A stretch of DNA of 64,000 nt, taken from positions 2,604,001 through 2,668,000 of the forward strand of contig OZ251222.1 of assembly GCA_965240325.2 (NCBI GenBank). Reading direction: 5' to 3'. Of this stretch, positions 1 through 11,200 are shown in pieces (position 1 is the stretch's first letter; each line of letters begins with the position of its first letter). The notes beneath the pieces are model-generated. The model was given only the letters and a program-made list of their open reading frames with translations, did no database searches and was not told where the DNA came from. The translations under genes and the position numbers were made by a program. The stretch comes from Rebecca billardiae RCC1528 (taxonomy: Eukaryota; Protista; Haptophyta).

Positions 1-1853
1 CATAGCTCGACCAGGCGCCTGTCGTTGTCATACGAGCCGTAGCGGTGCGCGCCATCCGGGGCGCGGCCGAAGGAGACGTCGATTGGGTCCACTGTGCGCT
101 GGGCGAGATCTGCCCCGTCAGCGCCGAGCAGCCCGGGCACGTCTTCCCGAGCGTTGACCAGGTCGAATGCCTCGGTGAGCGCCTGTCGCCGCTCCTTGAG
201 CCTCGCTCGGGTGATTGCCCGCGCGGCCACAGCCCCGATGACTGTGAACCCGTCCAGCCACGACGAGCTGGAGCCCCACAGCGGCTGCGCGATCGCGACG
301 CCGATCGTGCCCACGCAGGCGACGAGGAAGGCAGCACCTAAGCCAAAGTAGACAGTGTGGTCCTTGAGCCGGTGCAGGCTCTTCACCATGGCCTGAATCT
401 TCTTGACGACAGGATCAAAATACAAGTCGCCAAAACGCTCCTTCGCCCGATCGCCTGCGCGCTCGACCTGGCGGCACAGCTGCACGAGCTCGGAAGCGTC
501 GTGGACGTACTGACCCCAGCCCGCGTAGCCGACGTAGGCGTAGCCGAGCACACCCGCGAATGCCAAGGCAACGTGCTCTGCGTGCTCGAGCGCAATGGGC
601 ATACTCGAGCAGAACCAGAGCAGCAGCAGAGTCCACCACCATGCAAACACGCCAACCAGGCCAATGGCAAAGTAGTTGTGCAGCCATGGCAGCAGGATTC
701 GCGCAGCGGACGGATTCGCCACAGGCTGCGCTGCGTTGGTCGATGCTTGGAGGTCAGTGGGGGCGGCACACGTGCTGTGCATGCACCGCCAGGCCTCGAG
801 GGCTGCTGCGCAGACGTAGACCACGACGAGGAGCCAGGACGGGAGCGCGTACGGCGAGCCGAAAGGGGCCGCGCCGACTGGCCTGCCCATCCAAAAGATG
901 AAGCATTGCACACCGGACGTGAGGATCATGAGGATGAGCACGTTGACGGCAAACGACCACTCTTTCACCCTTCCCACCACGTTCTCACCAGATGCGTCTG
1001 CACGCAGCCAGAGCGCGGTCGGGAGCTCGGCGAGGAGCCAGCTGCCTTCGCGCTGCTCGTTCGCCCCGCGATCAGATTGCTCCCCGAGGGCAGGGTGCTC
1101 GCGAAGCTGGCGCCACACCCTGGGCGTTGAGTCTGCGCCGGTCTCGCTGGAAGACAGCCTGTGCACACCGCTGAGCTCGAGGGCCCACCGCCAGACAAAG
1201 TAGGCGCTCAAGCAGGCCACAAGCAGGGCGAAGAGCACGGAGACGCAGACGAGGGCAGTGCAGCGCCCGGCGAAGCAGGTGGGGTTGCGATCCGACCAGC
1301 CTCCGTACTCCTGCGTCGTGAACTCGTAAGGGACACGCCGGGACTGCTCGCTTGCATGCGTGGGCAGATCGCCGCCAGCGGGTCGGAAGAGAATCGAAGG
1401 CAGGTCCGCTCGCTGCAGGAGGCGCCATGCGTGCGCTTGGAGCGCCGACTCGTCAACGGTCAGATTCGGGTCGGACGAGCACAGCACCACAGTGACGTTG
1501 CGCGCCTTGTCGAAGTTGCCCATCGTGACGCCGCGCAGGAAGTACTGATCGAGCCACGGGCGGAAGGCGCGTGCGCTGCTCGCGCGGAGAGGGGGCACGT
1601 GCGCGTCGGCAGCAACAGACTCGCAGTCCGAGTTCTTCGCGACCTCAAAGAGGATTGACGACGACCGCGCTTGCAGATGCGCAGCGCACTGCTCCTCGCA
1701 CTCGAAGATATGCGCCACCCCCTGCGGCGAGATGTCGAAGCGGAGATAGCGGTCAGTCAAAGCGCGCTCGTCGTTGAGCACAGCAGGGTAGACGAACACG
1801 ATCTCGACGATGACCACGCACGCAATGAGGGCGGCGTAGCAGCCGAACGCGCT
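1..1853 (-). CDS. Multi-pass membrane protein of unknown family, partial (runs off the window start; 5' exon not identified)
   Basis: A minus-strand frame is open from 1880 to position 1; it has no stop in the window, so it is missing from the ORF track. The translation has about 7 hydrophobic segments (e.g. ALVCVSVLFALLVACLSAYFVW, FAVNVLILMILTSGVQCFIFW, YFAIGLVGVFAWWWTLLLLWF). A plausible acceptor cgcgcgcacag| precedes 1853, and the first in-frame Met is at 1523. Confidence 0.6.
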
Positions 1854-3633
1854 CTGTGCGCGCGCGGCATTTACGGCTGGCTACGTCGTCGCCCGCGAGC
1901 GGTCACTCTCAAGTCGGTTACAGCAAGGGCCCTTGGTTACAGTTTACTAAGAATAAGAGACGCACACAGCTCAGGCAGGCGAGATACAGTTTACTATGTT
2001 TTAACGTGCAACAGTTTACTACGTATGTTTTATTATAATAACAGACCGGCGCGCATGCAGGCCCGCAAGGACGTGGACTCCCAGCTGTCAAGGCAGGGCG
2101 TCTCCTTCGGCCGCCACCTGGGCACGGCCCGGGGGGGGCAGCCCCCGCCCCCACAGGCAGGCCCAGGAGGGGCGATTGCCATGAATAATCAGTTACAAGG
2201 GCCACCTGTCATCCAGCAGCAACCCCGCCTGCCCAGGCTGGCCAGGGCTGGCAGGCAGGCGCGGGGCAGGCCAACCTGCACCAGCCCATGTAGCGCACTG
2301 TCACCACGTGCGCCCTCAGCTACTCTTGCGGGCATGGCCTCTACAGCGTGCTCGCCCCCTCCCTATGGTGATTGCGTGGCCTCTCAGCAGCCTGCCACAC
2401 CTCTTGTGGCATGGCAGCTCCAATATGCCACCCCGCTGGCTCGCCGCGATGTGCGTCCGTCGGACAATCACAATGTGTTGACACATGGGGGCCCTGAGAT
2501 TGAGGCAGACCCGGCCGCTGCTGGCAGTCACACTGGTAACGGAGCTCACAACGGCCTTGCACAGCCAGACACTGGATATCAGGCCACACAGCCACCTGCT
2601 GGCTCTGCCAGGCCACTGGCAGCCCCCAGGCGCAGGCTGCCTCCTCCTAGTCAAGCTCAGCAAGTCGTAGTGCCATCCCAGAAGGCCTTATAGATAGCTA
2701 CAGCAGCACATCTCAGCAGACAGCATGGAGACGTCACATAAGAGTGTGGTGAACCAGCCTGGACGCGGGGCTGGGCTTCATCATCACTCTGTGCCTCCCT
2801 CCCATGCAGGTATAGGGCAAAGTCCGCAAATACGACCTCTGTCTTGCCATTAGAGTCTTGACAGACCAAGATGGCAACCAAGATGTCTTCTAGTGCTAGC
2901 GACGCACATTCACGGTTGTCGGAATGTCGGGCAGTCACGCCGCCTGCGAGTGCCTGACCGACTAAGTCTATGGTAACAGCAGGGAACTGCCACTGCCCAC
3001 TGGTGCAGGAGTCGGAACGAATGCGCGCTTGACTGTTCGACTCTTCTGCAGGAGTGTGCATTGCACGCCAGAGCGCCCCTCTCGCCCCCTGTGCACGCGA
3101 GATCGTCCGTGCGCGGCGGGCTGGTTGGGTCCACAAAACCGAGTCGTAGGATGGGCGATTCGAGCAGGACTTCCTGGGCCGAGTTTGGGGAATTCATCAG
3201 TCGCACTTTTCGTGGGCAAACGGAAGGAAGCCTGATGACGCCTGACGATGATCAAAGCCCCCGTCCCCGGGACTTGAGACCGTTGCCGGGTATTACACGC
3301 GACGGAACAATGACTCGTCATGAAGAACTGTGGCATCGCGCGGCCAACAAGAGCCAACTCGGCAACTCCCCTTTTTGAGCAGTCTTCCAGCACCGGGATT
3401 GATGATTGAGAGATGACGCGGGAGTACTCGCCCCTACGGCATGTACCCGCTTCGCCTAGTCACAACACGTGCCAAACGGGCGCTTTGGCGGGCTTTTGTG
3501 TCGGACTGAACCGAGCGCTCCCGAGCGCCGCGCCCGTTTGCTTCGTGGCGCAGTGCTCGGAAGTTGCCGGCCGCCCTGGGGCACCTTGGACCGGCAGCCC
3601 GCCCGCCGCCGCCTGGACCGTCGACGCGCCACC

Positions 3634-4892
3634 ATGCATCGCACCATGGGGACACACGCGCTCGTCGCGTGCTCGCTGCTGCTCTCGATCGCCTTGTCGG
3701 AGACCACCGAGCAGGTGATCCGGCTCAAGATCCACCCCGAGGCGCCCGTCGACTCGATCCAGTACACGACCTCGCTGCTCACGCCCGAGGAGCTGAGCGA
3801 CGTCACGCCCTTCTACGACGACCTGCCGCTCGACCCGTACCTCGAGACGGTGAGCCGAACGCGCCGCTTCGGGAAGTACATGCTCGATAGCATCGGTGGC
3901 GCGACCAAGCCCATCCAGCTCTCGTACAAGGGCAACGTCTTCGTGCAGACCGGCATGTACAACGATCTGGTCAGGTCCGCGCGCACGGCGCGCACGGCGC
4001 ACACGGCCGCGCCCGCCGCGGCGGCGCGGGCGTGCCCGGTGGAGGCAGTGGCAACCGGCCCGCGCCCGACGCCCGCGCCTGCTTCTCACGCCCGCGCGTG
4101 CCTCGCGCCCCGCCCCTCGCCCCCCGCTCCCCCTCGCGCCCTCCTTCACGGCGCGCAGGAACGGCAAGATGGCGATGGTCCGGCAGTACGAGGAGCACAA
4201 GCCCGGATTCTTCGAGTCACCGACGGTGCAGAAGCTGCTCGAGCACTACCTCGAGTCGATGAAGTCGATGGGCGCGCCGCTCGACGTGGCCTTCGAGCTG
4301 GGCATCCACGCCGTGCGCCTCACCGCCCCGGGCGAGGTGACCCCCGAGGGTACACACAGAGATGGGTACCACTACGTGCTCTCGGTGCGGCACGCGGCGC
4401 GGCGGCGCGCGCGGCGGCGCCGAGCGGTGCGCGATGTGTGCGGTGCGCTCGGCGAGCTCACCCGTCCACACGCGCGCCCCGCGCCTCGCTCGCGCGCGCG
4501 CCGCGCGCCTCGCGCAGACGGTGATGGCGAAAGAGGGCATTGTGGGCGGCCACTCTCTCGTGCACACGCACAAGACGACCAAGCCGCTGCTCGACGTGCC
4601 GATGCAGCCGGGGGACTCGCTGCTGATCAACGACCGTGAGATCTACCACTCGGTCTCGAACATTACGCTCTCGCCGGGGCACACCTTCGGCCACCGCGAC
4701 GTGATCCTGATCACCGCGCGGCCGTGGCCGACCAACGCGGCGGGCGAGCTGGTCGACGACGTGGCCAACGCGCAGCTCGCTCTGCTCGAGGGCGTGGTGG
4801 AGGACCCGGAGCCCGGGCACGAGGGGCGGCTGGCGCTGCGCTCGTGGGGGGAGCGGCTGGGCAAGCTCGGCCGCTTCCTCACGGGCGCGTGA
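3634..4892 (+). CDS. 2OG-Fe(II) dioxygenase (2OG-Fe_Oxy_2/BsmA-like) with N-terminal signal peptide; exons 3634-3974, 4159-4384, 4518-4892 (313 aa)
   Basis: Two GT-AG introns join three ORF-track segments in frame. Motifs: DLPLDPYL...RTRRF, TPEGTHRDG (HxD), INDREIYHSVS (distal His) and HRDVILIT (2OG-binding Arg). The N-terminus is hydrophobic (ALVACSLLLSIALS). Confidence 0.8.
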
Positions 4893-5245
4893 CGCGGATG
4901 ACGACGACGTGCGGGGAGCCATCACGTGCATCACTCACCGATGATGATATATCACGAGGGCCCGTCGTGTTGACGGCGCCCCAGGGTCTCGTCAGCTAAC
5001 AGTCAGCAGACGCGACGATGATGATCGTATATCGTCATACAGTATCAGATCACGATCGATGCTGATGATGATGATGGCGCTGGCGATATATACAAGCAGT
5101 CTCAGGTGTATCACCGCTGTGTCAGCATGCGCGTCTCAGTCAGCAGACGACTCCTTGTGCACCTGTCACAGCGACTAAGCGTAGCGTAGCGTATGCCGTA
5201 TCGTAGCTCAGCTATAGCACTTAGGCTTAGCATCATCAAGCACGG

Positions 5246-8200
5246 TCAGTAGCTCATGCCGTCATCATTATTGGAGCGCTGACGGCGTAGGTCAGAGCTT
5301 GCAGCGTGCGCGCCGGTGCCAGCGGCGCTGCCGGCGCGCGCAGAGGACAGCGGCACCATCGCGGGCGAGAGCAGCGCGCCCGCCCGCCACGAGGGCGGCG
5401 TCCAGCCAGCCTTCTCGCGATGCGCGCCCGCGGCGGTGCGCGCGCTCGGCTGCGAGGCACCCGTCGTCGGCGTGGTGCACTGCTCTGCGCCCGCGCCGGC
5501 CGGGTGCTTGGCGGCGGCGGGGCGGCGCGCCAGCGGGCTCCGCTGCGGCGAGTCGAGCGCGTTCTGCTGCTGCTCGGAGAGCGGCGCGCGCGGCGCGGAC
5601 GCGGACGCGGCGGAGGAGGACTGGTCCGACCGAGCACGGCTCCGGCCGCTGCTGCGAGCCGCCGCGGCGCTCGTCGCGACCGACGGCGCGCGCGCGCGCG
5701 CCGAGGGCGAGGGTGAGCTGAGCGAGGCGGGCGCGGAGGCGGGGGCGGAGCCGGCGGACGAGCCCGTGGAGCCGGGCGTGCGCACGCGCAGGCCTGCAGG
5801 CGTGGGCCGCTCGGACTCGGCCGCGGACGAGGCGGAGTCGAGCGCGCACCGCGGCGGAGGCGAGCGCGTCGGCGCGCCGCCGCCGCTGCCGCCGGCCGCG
5901 CTGCGCCGGGCGCTGCTCCTTGGCGAGCGGCGGCCGACGGCGGCGGCGGGCGACGCGGCGGCAAGCTCGGTCGCCGAGCGCGCCGCCGCGAGGATCGCTC
6001 CGAGCTCGTGCGACGCGGAGGAGGGTCGCGCGGGCGCGGCGGTGCGCGCGGCCGCGGCCGCCTCGGCCGCGCGCGCGGCCGCGGCTACCGGCGCGTAGGC
6101 TGAGGCGAGCGTGCGCAGCCCGGCCTCCGTGCTCGGCAGCGCGGGCGAGTGCGCGCGCAGCGTGTGCTGCAGCCGCGCCGACGCGTCGCGCCGCTCGCGC
6201 AGCGCGTGCTGCGCCGCGCCGAGCGCCCCAAGCAGACGGCCCGCGCCGTGCGCGCCGCCGCCGGCCGAACCGCCAGGCGGCGCCGGCGAGCCGGGTGCCG
6301 GCGCGCGCGCGGGGCTCGGCGCGGCGCCGGGCGCGGGCGCGGCGCGCGCGCGGCGGTGGCGCGCGCTCGCGCGCGCGCGCCACGCGCCGAGCGCGCCGCG
6401 CAGCGCGCGCGCGCGCGCCGCCGCGCCCACCGCGGCCGCGGCGCGCGCGGGGCGCGCGCACGCGCGCCACGCGCGCAGCGCCGCGCGCGCGCGCGCGCTC
6501 GCCGCCGCGCGCACCGCCGGCCGCGGCCGCCGCGCCGCCGCGCCGAGGAGGAAGCGGACCCACGTGGTGAGCGCGGCGCGCGCGCGGCGGCGCCGCGCGG
6601 CCGCGCGCGCCGCGCGCGCCGCGCCCGCGCGCGCGCCGCCCCAGCCGCCGTCGGCGCGGCGGCGCAGCGGCGCGCGCCGCGCAGCCCAGCGCGCGAGCGC
6701 GGCGCCGAGCGCGCGCGCGCGGCCGCGGCGCAGCGCGGCGTGTGCGCGCGCGCGCGCGCCCGAGGCCGCGGCCCACGCGCTCCACGCGCGCCGCGCCACG
6801 GCGCGCGCGTGCTCCCGCGCGCGGCGCCGCTCCGCAGCCTGCAGCGCCGAGGGCGGGCGGCGCGGGCGGCGCGCGCGACGCTGTCAGCGCGCGGCGGGCG
6901 GCGCGCGGCGCGGGCGCGGGCGCGCGCGGCGGCGCGGCGCGGCGCGGCGCGGCGCGGCTCGCGCAAGCACTCGGCGGCGCGCGCGCCGACGCACCTCGGT
7001 GGCGGCGTCCGCGCCCACCGCGCGCTCGGCGACGTCGTTGGCAGAGCTGGCCGGCGACGGCGGCGCGGCCGCGCGCGCGTCGGCGTCGTCGGCGTCGACA
7101 GCGCGCGGCCGCGCGCGCCGCGTCACGTGCGCACGCACGCCCGGCCGCGGCGCGGCGCCGCTGCCGCTGCTGCTGAGGGGAGAGCGTGCGCTGGCCGAGC
7201 TCGCCGCGCCCGGCGACGACGCGCCCGGCGCTCCCGGGCCCAGCTCGCATGCGCACAGATCCTGCAGCCTCAGCGCGCGCGCGCGCAGCGGTGCGCCCGC
7301 GCCGTCGGCCGCGCCGCTCGCGGCCGCGCCGCGCGCGTCGGCCACACTTGCTGCGGCCGCGGCGGCGGCGCGCGCGGCGGCGGCGGCGGGGGCGGCGGCG
7401 GCGGCGGCGTCCGTGAGGTCCAGGTGCACCCAGCGCGCGCGCACGCCGCCCTCCGCCGCGCGCAGCGCCGCCGCGTGCGACGCCCCCGCCTCGCCGCCGC
7501 CAACGCCTCGACCGCCGCCGCCACCGCCGCCGCCGCTCGCTGCCACTCGGCTGACGCCGCCGGCGCCCAGCACGCCGCCTGCGGCCGTGCGGCCGGCGGC
7601 CGGCGGCGCGGAGCGCGGGTGGCCAGAGCGCCCTGGGCGCGAGAGCGAGGGCGAGGGCGTCGTCGGCGAGGGCGCGGCGGCCGCGGCCGCGCGCGGCGCG
7701 CGGCCGCTGCCGTTGCCACTTCGCCCGCCGCCGCCGCCGCCGCCGCTCCCGCCGCCAGCGGCGCGCGGCGCGCCGTCCGCGGCCGCAGCGCGGCGCGGCG
7801 GCGAGCGCGCTTGGCTCGGCGGCGAGGGCGTGCGCGGCGAGCCCGACGCCGACGCCGCGGCCGGGCTCTGCGCGCGGCGCGCGGCGCGCGGCCGCGGGCT
7901 CGCGCAGCGCGCGCCGCCGCCGGCGCCGCCGGGCTCGGCGGCGGCGGACACAGCGACAAACGCGCCGGCGGCGTCGGCGTCGGCCGCACCGGCGGGCTGC
8001 TCGGCGCGCGCCGCCGCCGCCGCCGCCATCGCTTGCGAGATTGCGCGCAACTCGCTGAGCACGGGCGCGAGCGCGCGCGCGACCGCCTCCGCGCCCTCGC
8101 CGCCGCCCTCCGGCTGCGCCGCCGCGCCCGCGCCACCGCCGCCCGGCCCGCCGCCCGCCGCCGCCGCCGACGACGCGGACGAGCGAGCAGCGCGCGCGCT

Positions 8201-11200
8201 GCTGCGGCCGCTAGGCGGCGCGGCGGCGGCGGCGGCGGCGGCGGCGGCATTGGCGGGCGGCGGCGACGTGTGTGCGGCTTGGAGCGCGCTGAGCGTGGCG
8301 ACGGCGGCGCTGAGCCGCGCCGCGTCGACGCGCGTCTCCGCCTCCGCCGCGGCGCGCTGCGCGCCGGCCGCCGCGCCCACGCCCCACCCGGCCAGCGCCG
8401 CCGTGCACACGTCCGCGTGCGCAGCCGCAAGCGCGCCCTCCAGAGCGCGCAACGCGGCCGCGGTCGCCGCGCGCTCGGCAGTCGCCGCGCGCTGCGCGCC
8501 GAGGGCCTCGTGCGCGAGCGCGGCGGCGCGCGCCGCGGCGGCGTCGGCGCGCGCCGCCTCGTCAGCGCGCGCGCGCAGCGCGACGGCGCGCGCCGCGTCG
8601 GCAGCGGCCGCCGCCGCCTCGGCCACGGCGGTGGCCGCGGCCGCGTCGGCCGCGGCCGCGTCGGCCGCGGCGGCGCGCGCCGAGGCGGCGTCGGCGCGCG
8701 CGCGGCGCGCGCGCAGCGCGCGCGTGGCGAAGCGCGCGAGCGCGCGCGCGCACGCCGCGCGCCGCGCGCGCGCGGCGGCGGCGTGCGCGCGAGACACCGC
8801 CGCGCGCCGCGCACGCGCGCGCCGCGCGCCGCGCGCCCAGCGCGCGAGCGTGGCGCGCGGCGGCGTCGGCGGCGCGGCCGCGGCCGCGCGCGCGGCGGCC
8901 GCGCGCGCGGCGGCCGCGCCGACGGCGCCGAGCGCGCGCGCCAGCGCCGCGCGCGCGGCGCGGCGCGCGGCGAATGCGGCGCTGCCGCGCCGCCGCGCCG
9001 CATCGCGCCACGCGCGCAGCGTGCGCGCGCGCGCCGTCCGCCGCGCCGCGCCGCGCGCCGCGCGCGCCGCCGCGGCCGCGCGCGCGCCGCGCCGCAGCGC
9101 GCGCCACGCGCGCCGCCGCGCGCCGCGCCGCGCGGCCGCGCGCGCGGCGGAGTCGGCGCGCGCGGCGCCGGCGGCCACGCCGGCGGCCGCGCGCGCGGCC
9201 GCGCGCCAGAGCCCCAGCGCGCGCCGCCGCGCGCGCCGCGCGCCCGCCGCGCCCGCCGCGCCGCGCCGCGCCGCGGCCGCCCACGCGCGCAGCGCGGCGC
9301 GCGCGCCGCCGCCGCGCGCGCGCGCGGCCGCGGGCGCGCGCGCCGCCGCGGCGGCGACGAAGGCGGCGCGCGAGCGCGCCGCGCGCCAGCGCGAGAGGCG
9401 CGCGAGCGCGCGCGCCGCGTCGGCCGCGCGCGCGCGCGCGGCCGCCGCCGGGCGCAGCGCCGCGCGCCGCGCCGCGCGCGGCGCGCGCCACGCCGCGAGC
9501 GCGCGCTCGGCCGCGCGCCGGCCGCGGATGGCGGTGGCATAGGCGGAGTCGGCGGCGGCCGCGGCCGCGCGGAGCGCGCGCGCGCGCGCGGCGGCGCGGA
9601 GCCGGCGCCAGCCGGCGAAGCGCGGCGAGATGGCCGCGGCGCGCGCCAGCGCGGCGCGGTCGCGCGCGCCGTCCACCGCGCACCGCACCGCCGCCCACGC
9701 GCGCCGCCGCGCCGCCGCGCGGCACAGCGCGGCGCGGCGGCGCGCGCCCGCGGCCGCGGCGCGCGCCGCGAGCCACAGCCGCAGCGCGCGCAGCTGACTG
9801 CGCGCGCCGAGCGCGGGCGAGGCGAGGCGCGCGCGGCGCGCGTGCGCCGCCCAGCGCGCGAGCAGCCGGCGCGCGCGCGCGCGCGCCGCGGTGCGCACGG
9901 CCGCCGCCGCGCCGCCGCGCCGCAGCCGCCACTGCGCGCAGCGCGCGAGCGCTGCGCGCACGCGCGCCGCCGCGGCCGCGCCGCCGCCGCGCCGCGCGGC
10001 CGCGGCCGCGCCGCCGCCAAGCCGCCGCCGCCGCGGCACGGCTGCCCAGGCGCGGAGCGCGCGCGCGGCGCGCGCGTGGCGGAGGCACGCGGACGAGCGC
10101 CGCGCACGCGTCGAGGCGGCGAGGCCCGTCGACGCCGCCGCCGCGAGCGCACGCAGCGCGCGCGCCGCGCGCGCGGCCGCGGCCGCGCGCGCCGCGGCCG
10201 CGGCCGCGCGCCGCGGCCGCGCCGCGGCCGCGAGCGCGCGCAGCGCGCGCGCGGCCGCGCGCGCGCGGCCGAGCGCCGCGGCCGCGCGCCGCTGGTGCGC
10301 GGCGGCTCCAGGCTTGGGTGGCGCAGACGCCGCGAGCGCGCGCAGCGCGGCCGCGCACGCACCGCGGCGCCGCGCCGCCACGGCGGCGGCCGCGGCGCGC
10401 GCGGCGGCCGCGGCCGCGCGCCGCGGCCGCGCTGCGGCCGCGAGCGCGCGCAGCGCGCGGGCGCCGCGCGCCGCGCGCGCGGCCGCAGCCGCGGCACGGC
10501 GCCGTCGCGCGACGGCCGACGCGGCCGTCGCGAGCGCGCGCAGCGCGCGCGCGCAGCGCACGCGCCCGGAGTCCACGCGTGCCGGCGCCGCCGCCGCGCG
10601 TGCGCCGCGCGCCGCGCCCGCCGCCGCCCACGCGCGCAGCGCGCGCGCGCGGCGCGCGCGGCCGAGCGCGCGCGCGGCGCGCGCGGCCGCCGCGGCCGCG
10701 CCCAGCCGTGCGCGCGCGCGCGCGCCGAGCAGACGGAGCGCGCGCGCGGCGGCGGCACGCGCGGCATCTGCGCGCGGGGCTGCCGCGCGCGCGCGACCCG
10801 CCGCCGCCCACGTGCGCAGCGCGCGCGACGCCTGCGCGCGCGCGCGCGCGCGCGCCGCGCGGCGCGCGCGCGCGGCGGTGGCCGCGGCCGCGGCGCGCGC
10901 CGCGCCGAGTGCGCGCAGCGCGCGCGCCGCGCGGCCGAGCGCCGCGGCGCGCGGCGCGAGGGCGGCGAGCGCGGCGCGTCGGGGCGCGCGCCGCCACGCG
11001 CGCAGCGCGCGCCGCCGCGCCGCGCGGCCGCGCGCGCGCGCCGCGCGCTGCGAGCGGGCGGCGGTGGCGAGGGCGGCGGCCGCGGCGCGCCGCCACGCGC
11101 GCACGGCGGCGGCGGCCGCGGCGCCGCGCGCGCCGCCGCCGCCGCGGCCGCGCAGCGCGGCCGCCGCCGCGAGCGGCGCGGCGAGCGCGACGCGCCAGCG

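Noticed and set aside
1671-2693. 340-aa plus-strand ORF
   Set aside because: The first part is antisense to the membrane-protein exon, and the rest is atypical in composition with no recognisable motifs.
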